From an uncultured Fimbriimonadales bacterium (GTDB lineage Bacteria; Armatimonadota; Fimbriimonadia; Fimbriimonadales; GBS-DC), in assembly GCA_964595265.1 (NCBI GenBank), contig CAZQPV010000004.1, positions 6,576-39,657 on the forward strand: a DNA stretch of 33,082 bases. Reading direction: 5' to 3'. This document shows positions 24,393 to 33,059 of the stretch, in pieces (position 1 is the first letter of the stretch; each line of letters opens with the position of its first letter). Below the pieces are notes generated by a model. That model saw only the letters and a program-made list of their open reading frames with translations, had not been told where the DNA came from and searched no databases. Both the position numbers and the translations under genes were made by a program.

Positions 24393-25286
24393 ATGGCTAT
24401 GGAGAATCGCGAGTCTGTGCTGGTGACCACCGATTGGGTGGCGGAGTATCTGGATGCTCCGAGTGTGCGGATTGTGGAGGTAGATGTGGACACAACAGCG
24501 TATGAGCAGGGTCATCTCCCTGGCGCCGTCGGCTGGAACTGGCAGACCCAGCTGCAGGACCCCGTGCGGCGCGATATTCTCTCGCGAGAAGCGCTGGAAT
24601 CCCTGCTGAGTGAATATGGTGTTCGCAACGACCACACGATTATCCTGTATGGAGACAACAACAACTGGTTCGCGGCGTACGCCTTCTGGCTGCTGAAGCT
24701 ATATGGGCATGAGGATGTCCGCTTGATGGACGGCGGGCGTAAGAAGTGGCTTCTGGAAGGGCGTCCCATCACGCAAGAAGTACCGCGCTACCCCCGCACG
24801 GAGTATCGCACGAAGGAGCCGAACCTCGCCTTACGCGCCCTGCTCCCGCAGGTGTTTGAGAGTTTGAACCGCCCTGATGTCGCGCTGGTGGATGTGCGTA
24901 GCCCCCAGGAGTATACGGGCGAGATACTGGCGCCGCCTGGCTTGCTGGAAACCGCTCAGCGTGGGGGACACATCCCGGGCGCGGTGAACATCCCGTGGGC
25001 GCAGGCAGTTCGGGAAGACGGCTCTTTCAAATCGCCTGAAGAGCTGCGCCAACTCTACGAGTCGCTGGGCGTTACACCCGACAAGAAGGTGATTACCTAC
25101 TGCCGCATTGGCGAGCGCTCTGCGCACACATGGTTCGTGCTGAAATATCTGCTGGGCTACCCCGAAGTGCGCAACTACGACGGCAGCTGGACTGAGTGGG
25201 GCAACCTTGTGGGCGCGCCGATTGAGCGCGACGCACCCCCCCAACACCACGGCGGTCAAGCGATGGCTCCGTGTCCGCAATCTTAG
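24393..25286 (+). CDS. Cytoplasmic tandem-rhodanese thiosulfate sulfurtransferase
   Basis: I chose the ATG at 24393 (SD GGAGGTG); the ORF-track GTG at 24345 would run through the promoter. There are two rhodanese repeats (GHLPGAV..., GHIPGAVNIPW) and an active-site loop YCRIGERSAHTWFVL. No signal peptide. Confidence 0.85.
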   Translation: MAMENRESVLVTTDWVAEYLDAPSVRIVEVDVDTTAYEQGHLPGAVGWNWQTQLQDPVRRDILSREALESLLSEYGVRNDHTIILYGDNNNWFAAYAFWLLKLYGHEDVRLMDGGRKKWLLEGRPITQEVPRYPRTEYRTKEPNLALRALLPQVFESLNRPDVALVDVRSPQEYTGEILAPPGLLETAQRGGHIPGAVNIPWAQAVREDGSFKSPEELRQLYESLGVTPDKKVITYCRIGERSAHTWFVLKYLLGYPEVRNYDGSWTEWGNLVGAPIERDAPPQHHGGQAMAPCPQS

Positions 25287-26989
25287 GCGGCTTCCTGGGG
25301 CGGTTCGGCGCGATAGACTTCCACGCGGTTCCGACCGCCCTGCTTTGCCTGATAGAGCGCCGCGTCGGCTTCATAGAGAAGCGTTGCGGGCGAGCTCCCA
25401 TGCCGATAGGCTGCTACCCCCAGGCTGGCGGTGATGGGCGCGTAGGGGTTGATAATCGCGCTAATCTGCTGGCGTAGGCGCTCGGCAACGCGCAACGCCT
25501 CCTCTAAGTTTGTGTTGGGCAGCAGCAGTGCAAACTCTTCGCCCCCATACCGCGCAGGCACATCGTAAGCGCGGGCGAAACGCTTCAACACTTCTGCAAC
25601 CTGCTTCAAAAGTTCGTCGCCCGCAGGGTGCCCGAAAGTGTCGTTGAACCGCTTGAAGTGGTCTACATCCAGCATAATCAGGGCGAGCGGCTGCCCAAGG
25701 CGTTCTGCCATCTTCACCGCGCTGGTCAGCGCCTCATGGAACGCGCGGTGATTCTTCAGCCCTGTCAAGCCGTCGGTGGTGGCTGCCAGCGCCAGCACAC
25801 GGTTCGCCTCCGCCAGCTCATGATTCAAATATTCCAGTTCGCGGTTGGCTTCCTGAAGTTGCTGATAGAGCTGCTCCAGCTCCTCTTTTTGCTGTTCGAT
25901 CTCCTGACGCTGCGCCGACTGTTTCTCAAACGCACTTTGAAGCTGGTCTGCCATGTGATTAAAAGCACGCGCCAGCGCGCCGAACTCATCCCGCGCAGGA
26001 TAGGGCACGCGCACGGATAGATTCCCCTGCGCGATCTGGTGCGCCGCCGCCACAAAAGCGTGCAGATGCCGTCTTAGCAAACCTATCATCACAAGGCTGG
26101 CGAACAGGGTAATCCCAACCCCCGCCAGCAGCAGAGACTGCTGGGTTTCCTTGACGGAGCGGTGGAAATGTTGCACCTGTTCCTGAGGCGGCTGAATATG
26201 CAGGTAGCCAATTAGCTGGCGGTTTGTATCATAAAGGGGTAACCATGCCTCCACTTCGCCCTCTTTTGAAGGCTCAGGGGCGACTTCGTAGCGGCTTGGG
26301 TCGTTGAGTCGCGGGGATTGCGTGCGCAGGGCAACGCGCGCGCCCAGATATCCCCATAATCGGGTCAGGCGGGCATCATCCAGGCGCTTCGCCATCAGCA
26401 GCACGCCCCCCTGCGGCGGCGCATAGTTTTCGCCCAGCACAGGCGCATAGGCGACCTGATAGATGGAGTAACCGATTCGCATATAGCCCACGCCGCTGGA
26501 GCCTTTCAGCGCCCTGCGAAAAAGAGGGTGTGATGGCTCTGCCATCGGACGGGGGAGTATGGAGGTGGACAGCACCAGCTTCCCGCGCATATCGAACACT
26601 GCCACCACATCCAGGTAGAAGTGCTGATGCGCCCAATCCACTGTGTTCACACGGATCCAGCGCAGATCGCGCTCCAAAATCGCGTCCCGAAACTCTTCCC
26701 ACACCGAATAGTCTTCGCAGTTGCTTAGCAGCGCCTGTGTGTCGTGGTACAGCAGCGCCTGCGCGGTTTTGACCTGTACCTGTACCGTCATCTCCTGCTG
26801 GGTCTGCAGGGCTTGCTTGAAATGGGTGAGGGTATACCACTGGTAGGGCAACAGAAGCAGCAGAATCAGTGCGAACATCGTCAGCGCGAACCGCTGACCG
26901 ACGGGCAGCTGTCGCCATCGCAATCCCAACCGCCACAAGGCGTACCCGATGACGTTTTTCACAACGCGCCATGCTGTCCACTGCATCAC
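25283..26989 (-). CDS. Membrane-bound sensor diguanylate cyclase (periplasmic domain - HAMP - coiled coil - GGDEF)
   Basis: Two TM helices flank a ~260-aa extracytoplasmic domain. HAMP segment: AAAHQIAQGNLSVRVPYPARDEFGALARAFNHMADQL. GGDEF domain: DGLTGLKNHRAF ... RYGGEEFALLL, with an RAYD (RxxD) I-site five residues upstream. Start is GTG at 26989 or ATG at 26986. Confidence 0.85.
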   Translation of the reverse strand: MMQWTAWRVVKNVIGYALWRLGLRWRQLPVGQRFALTMFALILLLLLPYQWYTLTHFKQALQTQQEMTVQVQVKTAQALLYHDTQALLSNCEDYSVWEEFRDAILERDLRWIRVNTVDWAHQHFYLDVVAVFDMRGKLVLSTSILPRPMAEPSHPLFRRALKGSSGVGYMRIGYSIYQVAYAPVLGENYAPPQGGVLLMAKRLDDARLTRLWGYLGARVALRTQSPRLNDPSRYEVAPEPSKEGEVEAWLPLYDTNRQLIGYLHIQPPQEQVQHFHRSVKETQQSLLLAGVGITLFASLVMIGLLRRHLHAFVAAAHQIAQGNLSVRVPYPARDEFGALARAFNHMADQLQSAFEKQSAQRQEIEQQKEELEQLYQQLQEANRELEYLNHELAEANRVLALAATTDGLTGLKNHRAFHEALTSAVKMAERLGQPLALIMLDVDHFKRFNDTFGHPAGDELLKQVAEVLKRFARAYDVPARYGGEEFALLLPNTNLEEALRVAERLRQQISAIINPYAPITASLGVAAYRHGSSPATLLYEADAALYQAKQGGRNRVEVYRAEPPQEAA

Positions 26990-27061
26990 AAGCGTTATGC
27001 CATATTCTGCCGCCGTTTCTGAGCAAGAATCTCCCCCTTGAACCCCAGAGCGGTGGGCAGG

Positions 27062-27067
27062 TATAAT
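27062..27067 (+). promoter_or_regulatory. -10 element (GGTATAAT) with TTGAAC -35-like hexamer 18 nt upstream, for the 27103 gene
   Basis: ccTTGAACcccagagcggtgggcaGGTATAATacatcacaacaggaattttgcaGGAGGtccctagaATG. Confidence 0.55.
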
Positions 27068-27102
27068 ACATCACAACAGGAATTTTGCAGGAGGTCCCTA
27101 GA

Positions 27103-29103
27103 ATGCGACGGCTGTGGATGCTGATGCTGACGCTGGGGGTCGGGCTGGCACAGACACCTCCCGTTGCCGATTTATCGCAGGATGCCCGATTGCAGAAGCC
27201 CGTCACCGTCTGGCTCCGCATAGAGCCGCTCCCGGACGCACTCAAAGCGATTCAAAAGCAGGTGGGCGTGCCGCTGGTGTGCCCCGACCGCTTTCGGAAC
27301 GAGAAGGTCGCGATTTTCGTGGAGAACCGCCCCGCGCACGAAGTGCTGACAATGATTGCGAAGCTGTTCCGACTGCGCTGGGAGACCTATGAAGACGGGT
27401 ATCGGGTAGAGCGCCCCTCTAGGGAAATAGCGCTGGAAGAGGAGGCAGCCCGCCTCGCAAAGGAAGCCAAGCACAAAGGAGTGGAAACTTACATCAACAT
27501 CGCGCGCCGCGTGCTGGCGATGACCCCCGAACAGCGTGAAAAACGCCTCGAAGCCCTTCGGGCAACCCTGAAACCAGGACAAACCGATGGAGATGCCGAA
27601 ACCTCACTCCATATCCTCGAGTTTTCAATTCTATTCAGTCTCGAATCCCCCTTTGGAGACAACCTCGATGAAGCCCTGATAGGGATGCTTCCGCCTGCGC
27701 ACATCGCGCGCCTGCTTAATGGCGAAACGCTGACCTACAGCACCCATCCCAGCACAGGAGTGAACGCCATCCCGCCCGCGTTTATGGAGTGGTACGAGGC
27801 GAAGCAAAAGAAAGTGCTGGAAAGAGTCGAGTCCGAGATGGGCGAATGGGAGCGCGAGTACTTCCGTCAGCGGCGAATCAACCGAATCAGCATCTGCTAC
27901 CGCCTTTCACCCCATTCGAACCAGATTCTGTGCCAGATGGGGATTGAGAGGGAGGTGCAGTTCGCTGGGAGCCATAGCCGATGTGAACATGCTCTTGAGT
28001 ATCGCACTCTGAGTATCCCTCTGGACCCGGCAATTCTCAATCGGTCGCGCCTGATTCAGGAGTGGAACCAGTGGAGCGAGCCCGCGGAGTCGCTTCAGAA
28101 ATGGCTCCAGCAGTTGAAACCCCTGCCCGACCGCAAGCCGATTCCACTCGACTGGCAGCCGTTTCAAGATCAAGAGCTCATGCGCGAGTTTGTGATGGAC
28201 ACCCAGCTGCTGGAACTGCTCGCATGGCGGTACGGCATACCGATTGTGGCGGATGCGTACCGACTGAGCATGCGGGAATTAGGTGGCGACCTCAGCGCCT
28301 TCAACATAATTGAAGGCTTGAAGGATGCCTACTGGATGCGTCGGGAGGGCGACTATCTTCTGGGGCGTCGCAAGCACTACTGGGCGTGGCGTGCCGTAGA
28401 GCTGCCTGAGGCGCCTATCCGGGAGCTGGAGACAAAGTTTCAGAAAGAGGGCGCGCTCACGATAGACGACTACGCGCGTTTTGTGGCTGCGCTGGACGAG
28501 AAGTCCTATCAATGGCTGCTGGAGAACCGTATTTTCTTCGAGATGAAGCTGGCTGTGCGCTTCCCTATAGAGCCGCTGGACAATTTGCCTCTGCTACGCT
28601 TCTGGTCGACCCTCAGCCCTGCTCAGCGCCAGGCAGTGCTGGCAGGAGAGTTCCTGCCTTTGCGCACGCTGACTCCCACGCAACGCAAGGCGTTTGAACA
28701 TGCCTTAGAGCCTCTGTTCCCGCACCCGAACCGCTTGCTCAATCCCCCCAGCAGGTGTACCTTCTTGGGACCCCGTGAATGGCTGTTTGTGGACTGGTAT
28801 GGTGACGCAGGTTCCATACCCCCAGAAAGCGGTTTTGCGCTTCTGGGATCGCCTAAAAAACCGCGTCAAATTCAACTTCTTACGGAAAGAGGTTTTCGGA
28901 TAACCCACACCAGGGAGGGCATCGACAACTTCTCGGATATCGAATCGCGTCTTCTTGAATCGGGGGAAACGATCGTGAGCAAGAAAGTCTACACCGCCAC
29001 AGTGTATGGTTTTCGTTTCTTCCTAGCGCCTGGTATAGAGCGGCGCTACGAGTTTGGTTACTTTGTGCCGTTGAAGGAGACCCCCCAAAACGATTCAAAA
29101 TAG
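27103..29103 (+). CDS. Large secreted protein of unknown function (paralogue of 3143-5437)
   Basis: I chose the ATG at 27103 (SD GGAGG at 27090-27094). The signal peptide is MRRLWMLMLTLGVGLAQT. The first domain (VTVWLRIEPLPDALKAIQKQVGVPLVCPDRFRNEKVAIFVENRPAHEVLTMIAKLFRLRWETYEDGYRVER) resembles an STN/secretin-N-type small domain. Confidence 0.7.
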   Translation: MRRLWMLMLTLGVGLAQTPPVADLSQDARLQKPVTVWLRIEPLPDALKAIQKQVGVPLVCPDRFRNEKVAIFVENRPAHEVLTMIAKLFRLRWETYEDGYRVERPSREIALEEEAARLAKEAKHKGVETYINIARRVLAMTPEQREKRLEALRATLKPGQTDGDAETSLHILEFSILFSLESPFGDNLDEALIGMLPPAHIARLLNGETLTYSTHPSTGVNAIPPAFMEWYEAKQKKVLERVESEMGEWEREYFRQRRINRISICYRLSPHSNQILCQMGIEREVQFAGSHSRCEHALEYRTLSIPLDPAILNRSRLIQEWNQWSEPAESLQKWLQQLKPLPDRKPIPLDWQPFQDQELMREFVMDTQLLELLAWRYGIPIVADAYRLSMRELGGDLSAFNIIEGLKDAYWMRREGDYLLGRRKHYWAWRAVELPEAPIRELETKFQKEGALTIDDYARFVAALDEKSYQWLLENRIFFEMKLAVRFPIEPLDNLPLLRFWSTLSPAQRQAVLAGEFLPLRTLTPTQRKAFEHALEPLFPHPNRLLNPPSRCTFLGPREWLFVDWYGDAGSIPPESGFALLGSPKKPRQIQLLTERGFRITHTREGIDNFSDIESRLLESGETIVSKKVYTATVYGFRFFLAPGIERRYEFGYFVPLKETPQNDSK

Positions 29104-29124
29104 GGGCGCACGGCGGTGCGCCCC
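29103..29124. terminator. Bidirectional stem-loop between convergent genes
   Basis: ggggcgcac-ggcg-gtgcgcccc forms a perfect 9-bp GC-rich stem with a 4-nt loop. On the minus strand it is followed by TATTTTGAATCGTTTT. There is no T-tract on the plus strand. Confidence 0.6.
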
Positions 29125-29134
29125 TACACGGGGT

Positions 29135-30775
29135 TTACGAGCCTGCAGGCAGGATGTTCGCCATCAGGTTCACGCGAATCTCCGATTGCTGGGGGTCATC
29201 GGTTTCGATTCGGAGGGTGCGGCGGATGGTGCCCTGCGCCCAGCCGCCCTTGTAGCGCAGGATGAACCGATGTTGTTTGCCCTCCGGGTCGGATTCGTGT
29301 TTGACCTCGATATTCGGGTCGTCCACCTCAAACTTTTTCACCTGAAAGCCCTTATCGCTTCGGGTGAGAGTTACGACTCGCTCGATGGGAAGGGGTGTGG
29401 CGGAGCCTATCGCGCCGAAGAACACGGTGGTTGGCGTCGCCACGATGCCCTTCTCGGTCATGACATTGATGTTGACCGTCGGCGAAGAGGGCAGGTTCGT
29501 GCGCGCCATCACTATAAAATTCCCTCGCCCCGTAGGCGCATCGGGATTCACCGTGATAATAATCTTGGTGGTCTTGTCGCCCACTTTTTGGGCTTCGGCT
29601 TTGGCGTAGGGCACGTTCACTATAACTTCCTGCACTTCCAGCGGCTGGTCGGCGTTGGAGACGATTTCCACCTCCTGCACCGTTGGCTCGCCCATTTTGA
29701 GACTCATCTGCAGGGTCTCGCTGGGGCGTACCTCCACGGCGGTGCGGATGAAGGCGGTCAAGCGCAGGGTGAGGTTCGGCTGGTCGGGGTCGTTGCTGGT
29801 AACCTGAATCGTTTTGATTTGTGCCCCTCGGAACCCTGCGGAGTTCATCTCGGCGTCCAGTTTGCCTTCCTGCCCGGGCTGAATAACACGGTCATATTGG
29901 GGCACGACGCAGCCGCAGCTGGGGCGTGCGCTAATTTCCAGCGGCGCGTCGCCCGTGTTGCGGATACGGAAGGTGAACTTGACCTTTTCGCCCTGCATGA
30001 TATTGCCAAAGTCGTGTTCCATCGGTTCAATCTCGATACGCGGCTTGGGCATGTAGACCGCCACGCGCCGATTGGCGAAGTCTATCAACTGATTGCGCGC
30101 CTCCATCAGCGCACGCACCGCCTGTACCTCGCTCTCCGTAGGAGCCACTGGCAGGTCTTCCGTGTTCCACACAGGACCCATAATCTCGTTGTCTTTTTGC
30201 GATTCGCCCAGCCCCAGATAAGCGCCAATCGCTTGTCCAACGAGATGCGCAATCGCTTTCTCGCTCATGGGCATCTCGGTATAGGGGATATAGGTGGCGA
30301 TTCGTGCCCGCACGCGCCGTCGTTCGCCCTTATCAGGGGGCAGCATCAGTTTGGCTTTGCCGTGCATCAGGCGGAACTGACCGCCTGTAATCTCGGCGAC
30401 ATCTTCTTCGAAGACAATCTGCACATCGGCGCTGACTTCATCATCGGTCCACTCGATGCGGGGGTTGCCTCCCAGCGCCTTATTCCAGTTTTCCACAGCC
30501 AGACGCGCGGCGTTGCGGAACGCTTCGCGTTGCTCTGGGGGAATGGTGAACCAGCTCGCATAGACCCGTATCGGATTCGCAATTCCAACCCCTTTGACCA
30601 GATGGCTGGCTTCCTCAAAACTGGCTTTGGAGAGCAAATTCGCTACTTTCGTTAGCTGCTCTGACTCCAGCTTGTGAGTGCTTTCGGGTAGCACAGGAGC
30701 CTTGGGTGGTTTGCCTTGTCCATACCCAAACCCTGTTGCAATGGCGAACACTAAGAACCAGAAATGTTTCTTCAT
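29135..30775 (-). CDS. Secreted protein: degenerate metzincin-like N-domain + DUF1573-type domain + Ig-like repeats
   Basis: I chose the ATG at 30775 because GGAGGG lies 7 nt upstream. The signal peptide is MKKHFWFLVFAIATGFGYG. The segment HDFGNIMQGEKVKFTFRIRNTGDAPLEISARPSCGCVVPQ matches the DUF1573 pattern with its CGC motif. The N-domain has a matrixin-like layout, but the HExxHxxGxxH motif is replaced by HLVGQAIGAYLGLGE; IMGP (Met-turn-like) is retained. Confidence 0.7.
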   Translation of the reverse strand: MKKHFWFLVFAIATGFGYGQGKPPKAPVLPESTHKLESEQLTKVANLLSKASFEEASHLVKGVGIANPIRVYASWFTIPPEQREAFRNAARLAVENWNKALGGNPRIEWTDDEVSADVQIVFEEDVAEITGGQFRLMHGKAKLMLPPDKGERRRVRARIATYIPYTEMPMSEKAIAHLVGQAIGAYLGLGESQKDNEIMGPVWNTEDLPVAPTESEVQAVRALMEARNQLIDFANRRVAVYMPKPRIEIEPMEHDFGNIMQGEKVKFTFRIRNTGDAPLEISARPSCGCVVPQYDRVIQPGQEGKLDAEMNSAGFRGAQIKTIQVTSNDPDQPNLTLRLTAFIRTAVEVRPSETLQMSLKMGEPTVQEVEIVSNADQPLEVQEVIVNVPYAKAEAQKVGDKTTKIIITVNPDAPTGRGNFIVMARTNLPSSPTVNINVMTEKGIVATPTTVFFGAIGSATPLPIERVVTLTRSDKGFQVKKFEVDDPNIEVKHESDPEGKQHRFILRYKGGWAQGTIRRTLRIETDDPQQSEIRVNLMANILPAGS

Positions 30776-30808
30776 TCGGAATCCCTCCATACCCCTAATT
30801 ATAGCCCA

Positions 30809-32824
30809 TCAGAAGGGTAGCACGGAGACCGACTTCGCCACGAGCGCCAGCGCAATCCCCAGCATCCCGACCAGCCCCATGCCGCAGAAGAATCCTGCCA
30901 GCAGCACGGGCGCGTAGCGGAACCAGTTCTCTTCGCCAAAGCGCTTTTTGAAGTAGCGGTGTCCGAGCCATGCGCCCAGCAGGCGCGGAAGCGTGAAATG
31001 GGGCAGCTGCCCCACGCCCCCAACCAGCCCATAGAAGAGTAGAATTGGCAACTTGAAGGTGTTGAAGACCCAGAACAGGGCCAGCCCTGCGAGGAACCCT
31101 GCGCCGATACGCGGAATGTTCAGCGCGCCCAGCACCAGCTCGCGCATCGCGCTGTCGGGGCGGTTAATCTGTTTCCATACGGCTTCCATCTGCGCATAAT
31201 ACGGCCACATCTTCTGCGCATAGGGGAACAGAGTAGAGGGAATGGGGCTGGCGCTCCAGAAGAACGACCAGAACAGGAAGCTGGCGACCAGAATCACGAA
31301 GAACATCGCCACTTCCGCCTTGAAAATGCTGGTGAACTTCGTGCCGGTGAGTTCCACCTCGCGGAAGCGTTGCGCCGCCCAGCCATGGTCATAAAGCGGC
31401 AGCGGAGCGTACCAGATGTCCACCTTCGGATAGCCGCTGCTGATGACCGCGACCTCTTTCAGGAACGGCACGGAAACCCCCTGCCCCGTAATCCCGATCA
31501 TGCGCGCCGAGACATAACTGTTCAGAGGACTCCAGAGCAAGCCGAACACACCCACAATCCACAGCGGGAAATCGGGCACAAGCCACCGACAGAGCATGAT
31601 ATAAGCAATCACCGAGACGAACCAGACCCCTATTGGAATCCACAGGGGCGGGTCGCCGCGTCCGGGAGGCGGTGTGGCGCCGCGCGCCTGCAGATTCCGC
31701 GCCAAACGAAATTCGCGCACGGTTTTAATCACCATCATCACCCCAATCACCGCCACTGCCAGCTGCAGCCCCACAATAATCGCCAGCCAGAAATCCAGGT
31801 CTGCCGAGAGTTTGGTCTGCAGGGCAGGCGAGTTGGGCTGCCAGCTGGGGATAAGCCCTGCGCGGTACAGAATCGGGTTCGCCACCACATAGGTCAGCAC
31901 CGAGCTGATGGCAGCGCCAATCAGAATCTGATAGGGGAGGACGAACCCCATCAACACCTCGCCGAGATTGATGGAGACGCCCACGATAGCGGTTGGCAGG
32001 GCGTTCTCTACATTCTGTGTGAGGTCTAAAAATGGGATGGGGATTAGCGTTACGGCGTTCCCGAACAGCACGCCCGTGAACACGGGGATGCCCACATAGA
32101 ACACGCCGAAGCCCATGCCAATCACGGCGCCTGTGGAGAACACGCCCCAGCGCCACGATTCCTCGCGGCGTCCTGCCTCCGCGAGCGCCAGCGCGCCCGA
32201 GGCAGCCACAGGCGCCAGCGGGAATGGCAAGCGTTCCACATCGGAGGTCGCGCGGAACATCAAGTATCCCATGCTCAGCCAGCTCGCGCGCCCCAGAATC
32301 TCCGTAATCAGCAACACCAGCAGCGGAAGCGCCCAGTCAGGGTGAAAGAAGGTGCGGAGCCGCAGTGCCTCGGAATCGGGAGCTGGCACCGCCCAGTGGG
32401 GAATCTCTTTCGCAATCGGCGCGGCAGGCGCCGACTGCACGAAAAACTGATCCCAGATTTTCCACTGGAGCGGACCGCCCGACAAGCCATAAGCCCCCAT
32501 CCCCATCGCCGTCAGCGAGGCGGCGATGTAGTAAAGCATGTAGATTTCCTGCCGTTTTAGAGGCTGGAGCGAGCGGCGCATCACTTCCGCAAACAGCACA
32601 ATCGTAACCCACTCTGCCGCCGCGCCCAAGCCCACACCCGCCACCAGACCCATGTAGATGCTGCCAGGCAACATCACAAACGCCACAAACAGAAGTCCGA
32701 GAACGGTTCGGAAGGTGAACCCGTCCTCAAACCGATGTTCTTCGGCGGCAACCTCTTCAGCGGTCTGGCGCGCCTTCTGAAGTTCGTCCACCACAGCCAT
32801 AGGTGGTTTCCATTTCGCCAGCAA
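30809..32824 (-). CDS. Large polytopic membrane protein (~16 TM), possible distant OPT-type transporter
   Basis: 671-aa ORF that is hydrophobic throughout. The N-terminal FTFRTVLGLLFVAFVMLPGSIYMGLVAGVGLG loosely resembles bacterial OPT-family N-termini. The start is ambiguous (TTG at 32824 or ATG at 32800) and neither has a strong SD. Confidence 0.6.
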   Translation of the reverse strand: MLAKWKPPMAVVDELQKARQTAEEVAAEEHRFEDGFTFRTVLGLLFVAFVMLPGSIYMGLVAGVGLGAAAEWVTIVLFAEVMRRSLQPLKRQEIYMLYYIAASLTAMGMGAYGLSGGPLQWKIWDQFFVQSAPAAPIAKEIPHWAVPAPDSEALRLRTFFHPDWALPLLVLLITEILGRASWLSMGYLMFRATSDVERLPFPLAPVAASGALALAEAGRREESWRWGVFSTGAVIGMGFGVFYVGIPVFTGVLFGNAVTLIPIPFLDLTQNVENALPTAIVGVSINLGEVLMGFVLPYQILIGAAISSVLTYVVANPILYRAGLIPSWQPNSPALQTKLSADLDFWLAIIVGLQLAVAVIGVMMVIKTVREFRLARNLQARGATPPPGRGDPPLWIPIGVWFVSVIAYIMLCRWLVPDFPLWIVGVFGLLWSPLNSYVSARMIGITGQGVSVPFLKEVAVISSGYPKVDIWYAPLPLYDHGWAAQRFREVELTGTKFTSIFKAEVAMFFVILVASFLFWSFFWSASPIPSTLFPYAQKMWPYYAQMEAVWKQINRPDSAMRELVLGALNIPRIGAGFLAGLALFWVFNTFKLPILLFYGLVGGVGQLPHFTLPRLLGAWLGHRYFKKRFGEENWFRYAPVLLAGFFCGMGLVGMLGIALALVAKSVSVLPF

Positions 32825-33053
32825 CTAAGGGTTTCCTGCAGAGTTCAGGTTCGCTTTGGGGGTTCTGAGTCAGGGTACTCCACAGGACATTAAGATGCTC
32901 TCGCCCTCTGTTTCTGCGGCAAGCGAGGGGAATTAGACCCTGCCCTTCGTGGGCACACGGAAGTCCCAGGAGCGCGAGACAACTCGGCGTCAGGGATGCC
33001 CGCCATTGATTATTTAGCTACGCTAACTACCCTGCGCGTACCCCAAGTGGGGT

Positions 33054-33059
33054 ATAATT
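33054..33059 (+). promoter_or_regulatory. -10 element (GGGGTATAAT) for a gene starting beyond the 3' window edge
   Basis: gtGGGGTATAATtatgcaGGAGGTacgcgcaaacgg. It is flanked by the 10-bp inverted repeat tgcgcgtacc (33034-33043) / ggtacgcgca (33069-33078). Confidence 0.45.

Noticed and set aside
29186-30655. 489-aa plus-strand ORF
   Set aside because: It is antisense to the DUF1573 protein gene. It has no SD and a His/Arg/Gly-rich composition typical of shadow ORFs in GC-rich DNA.
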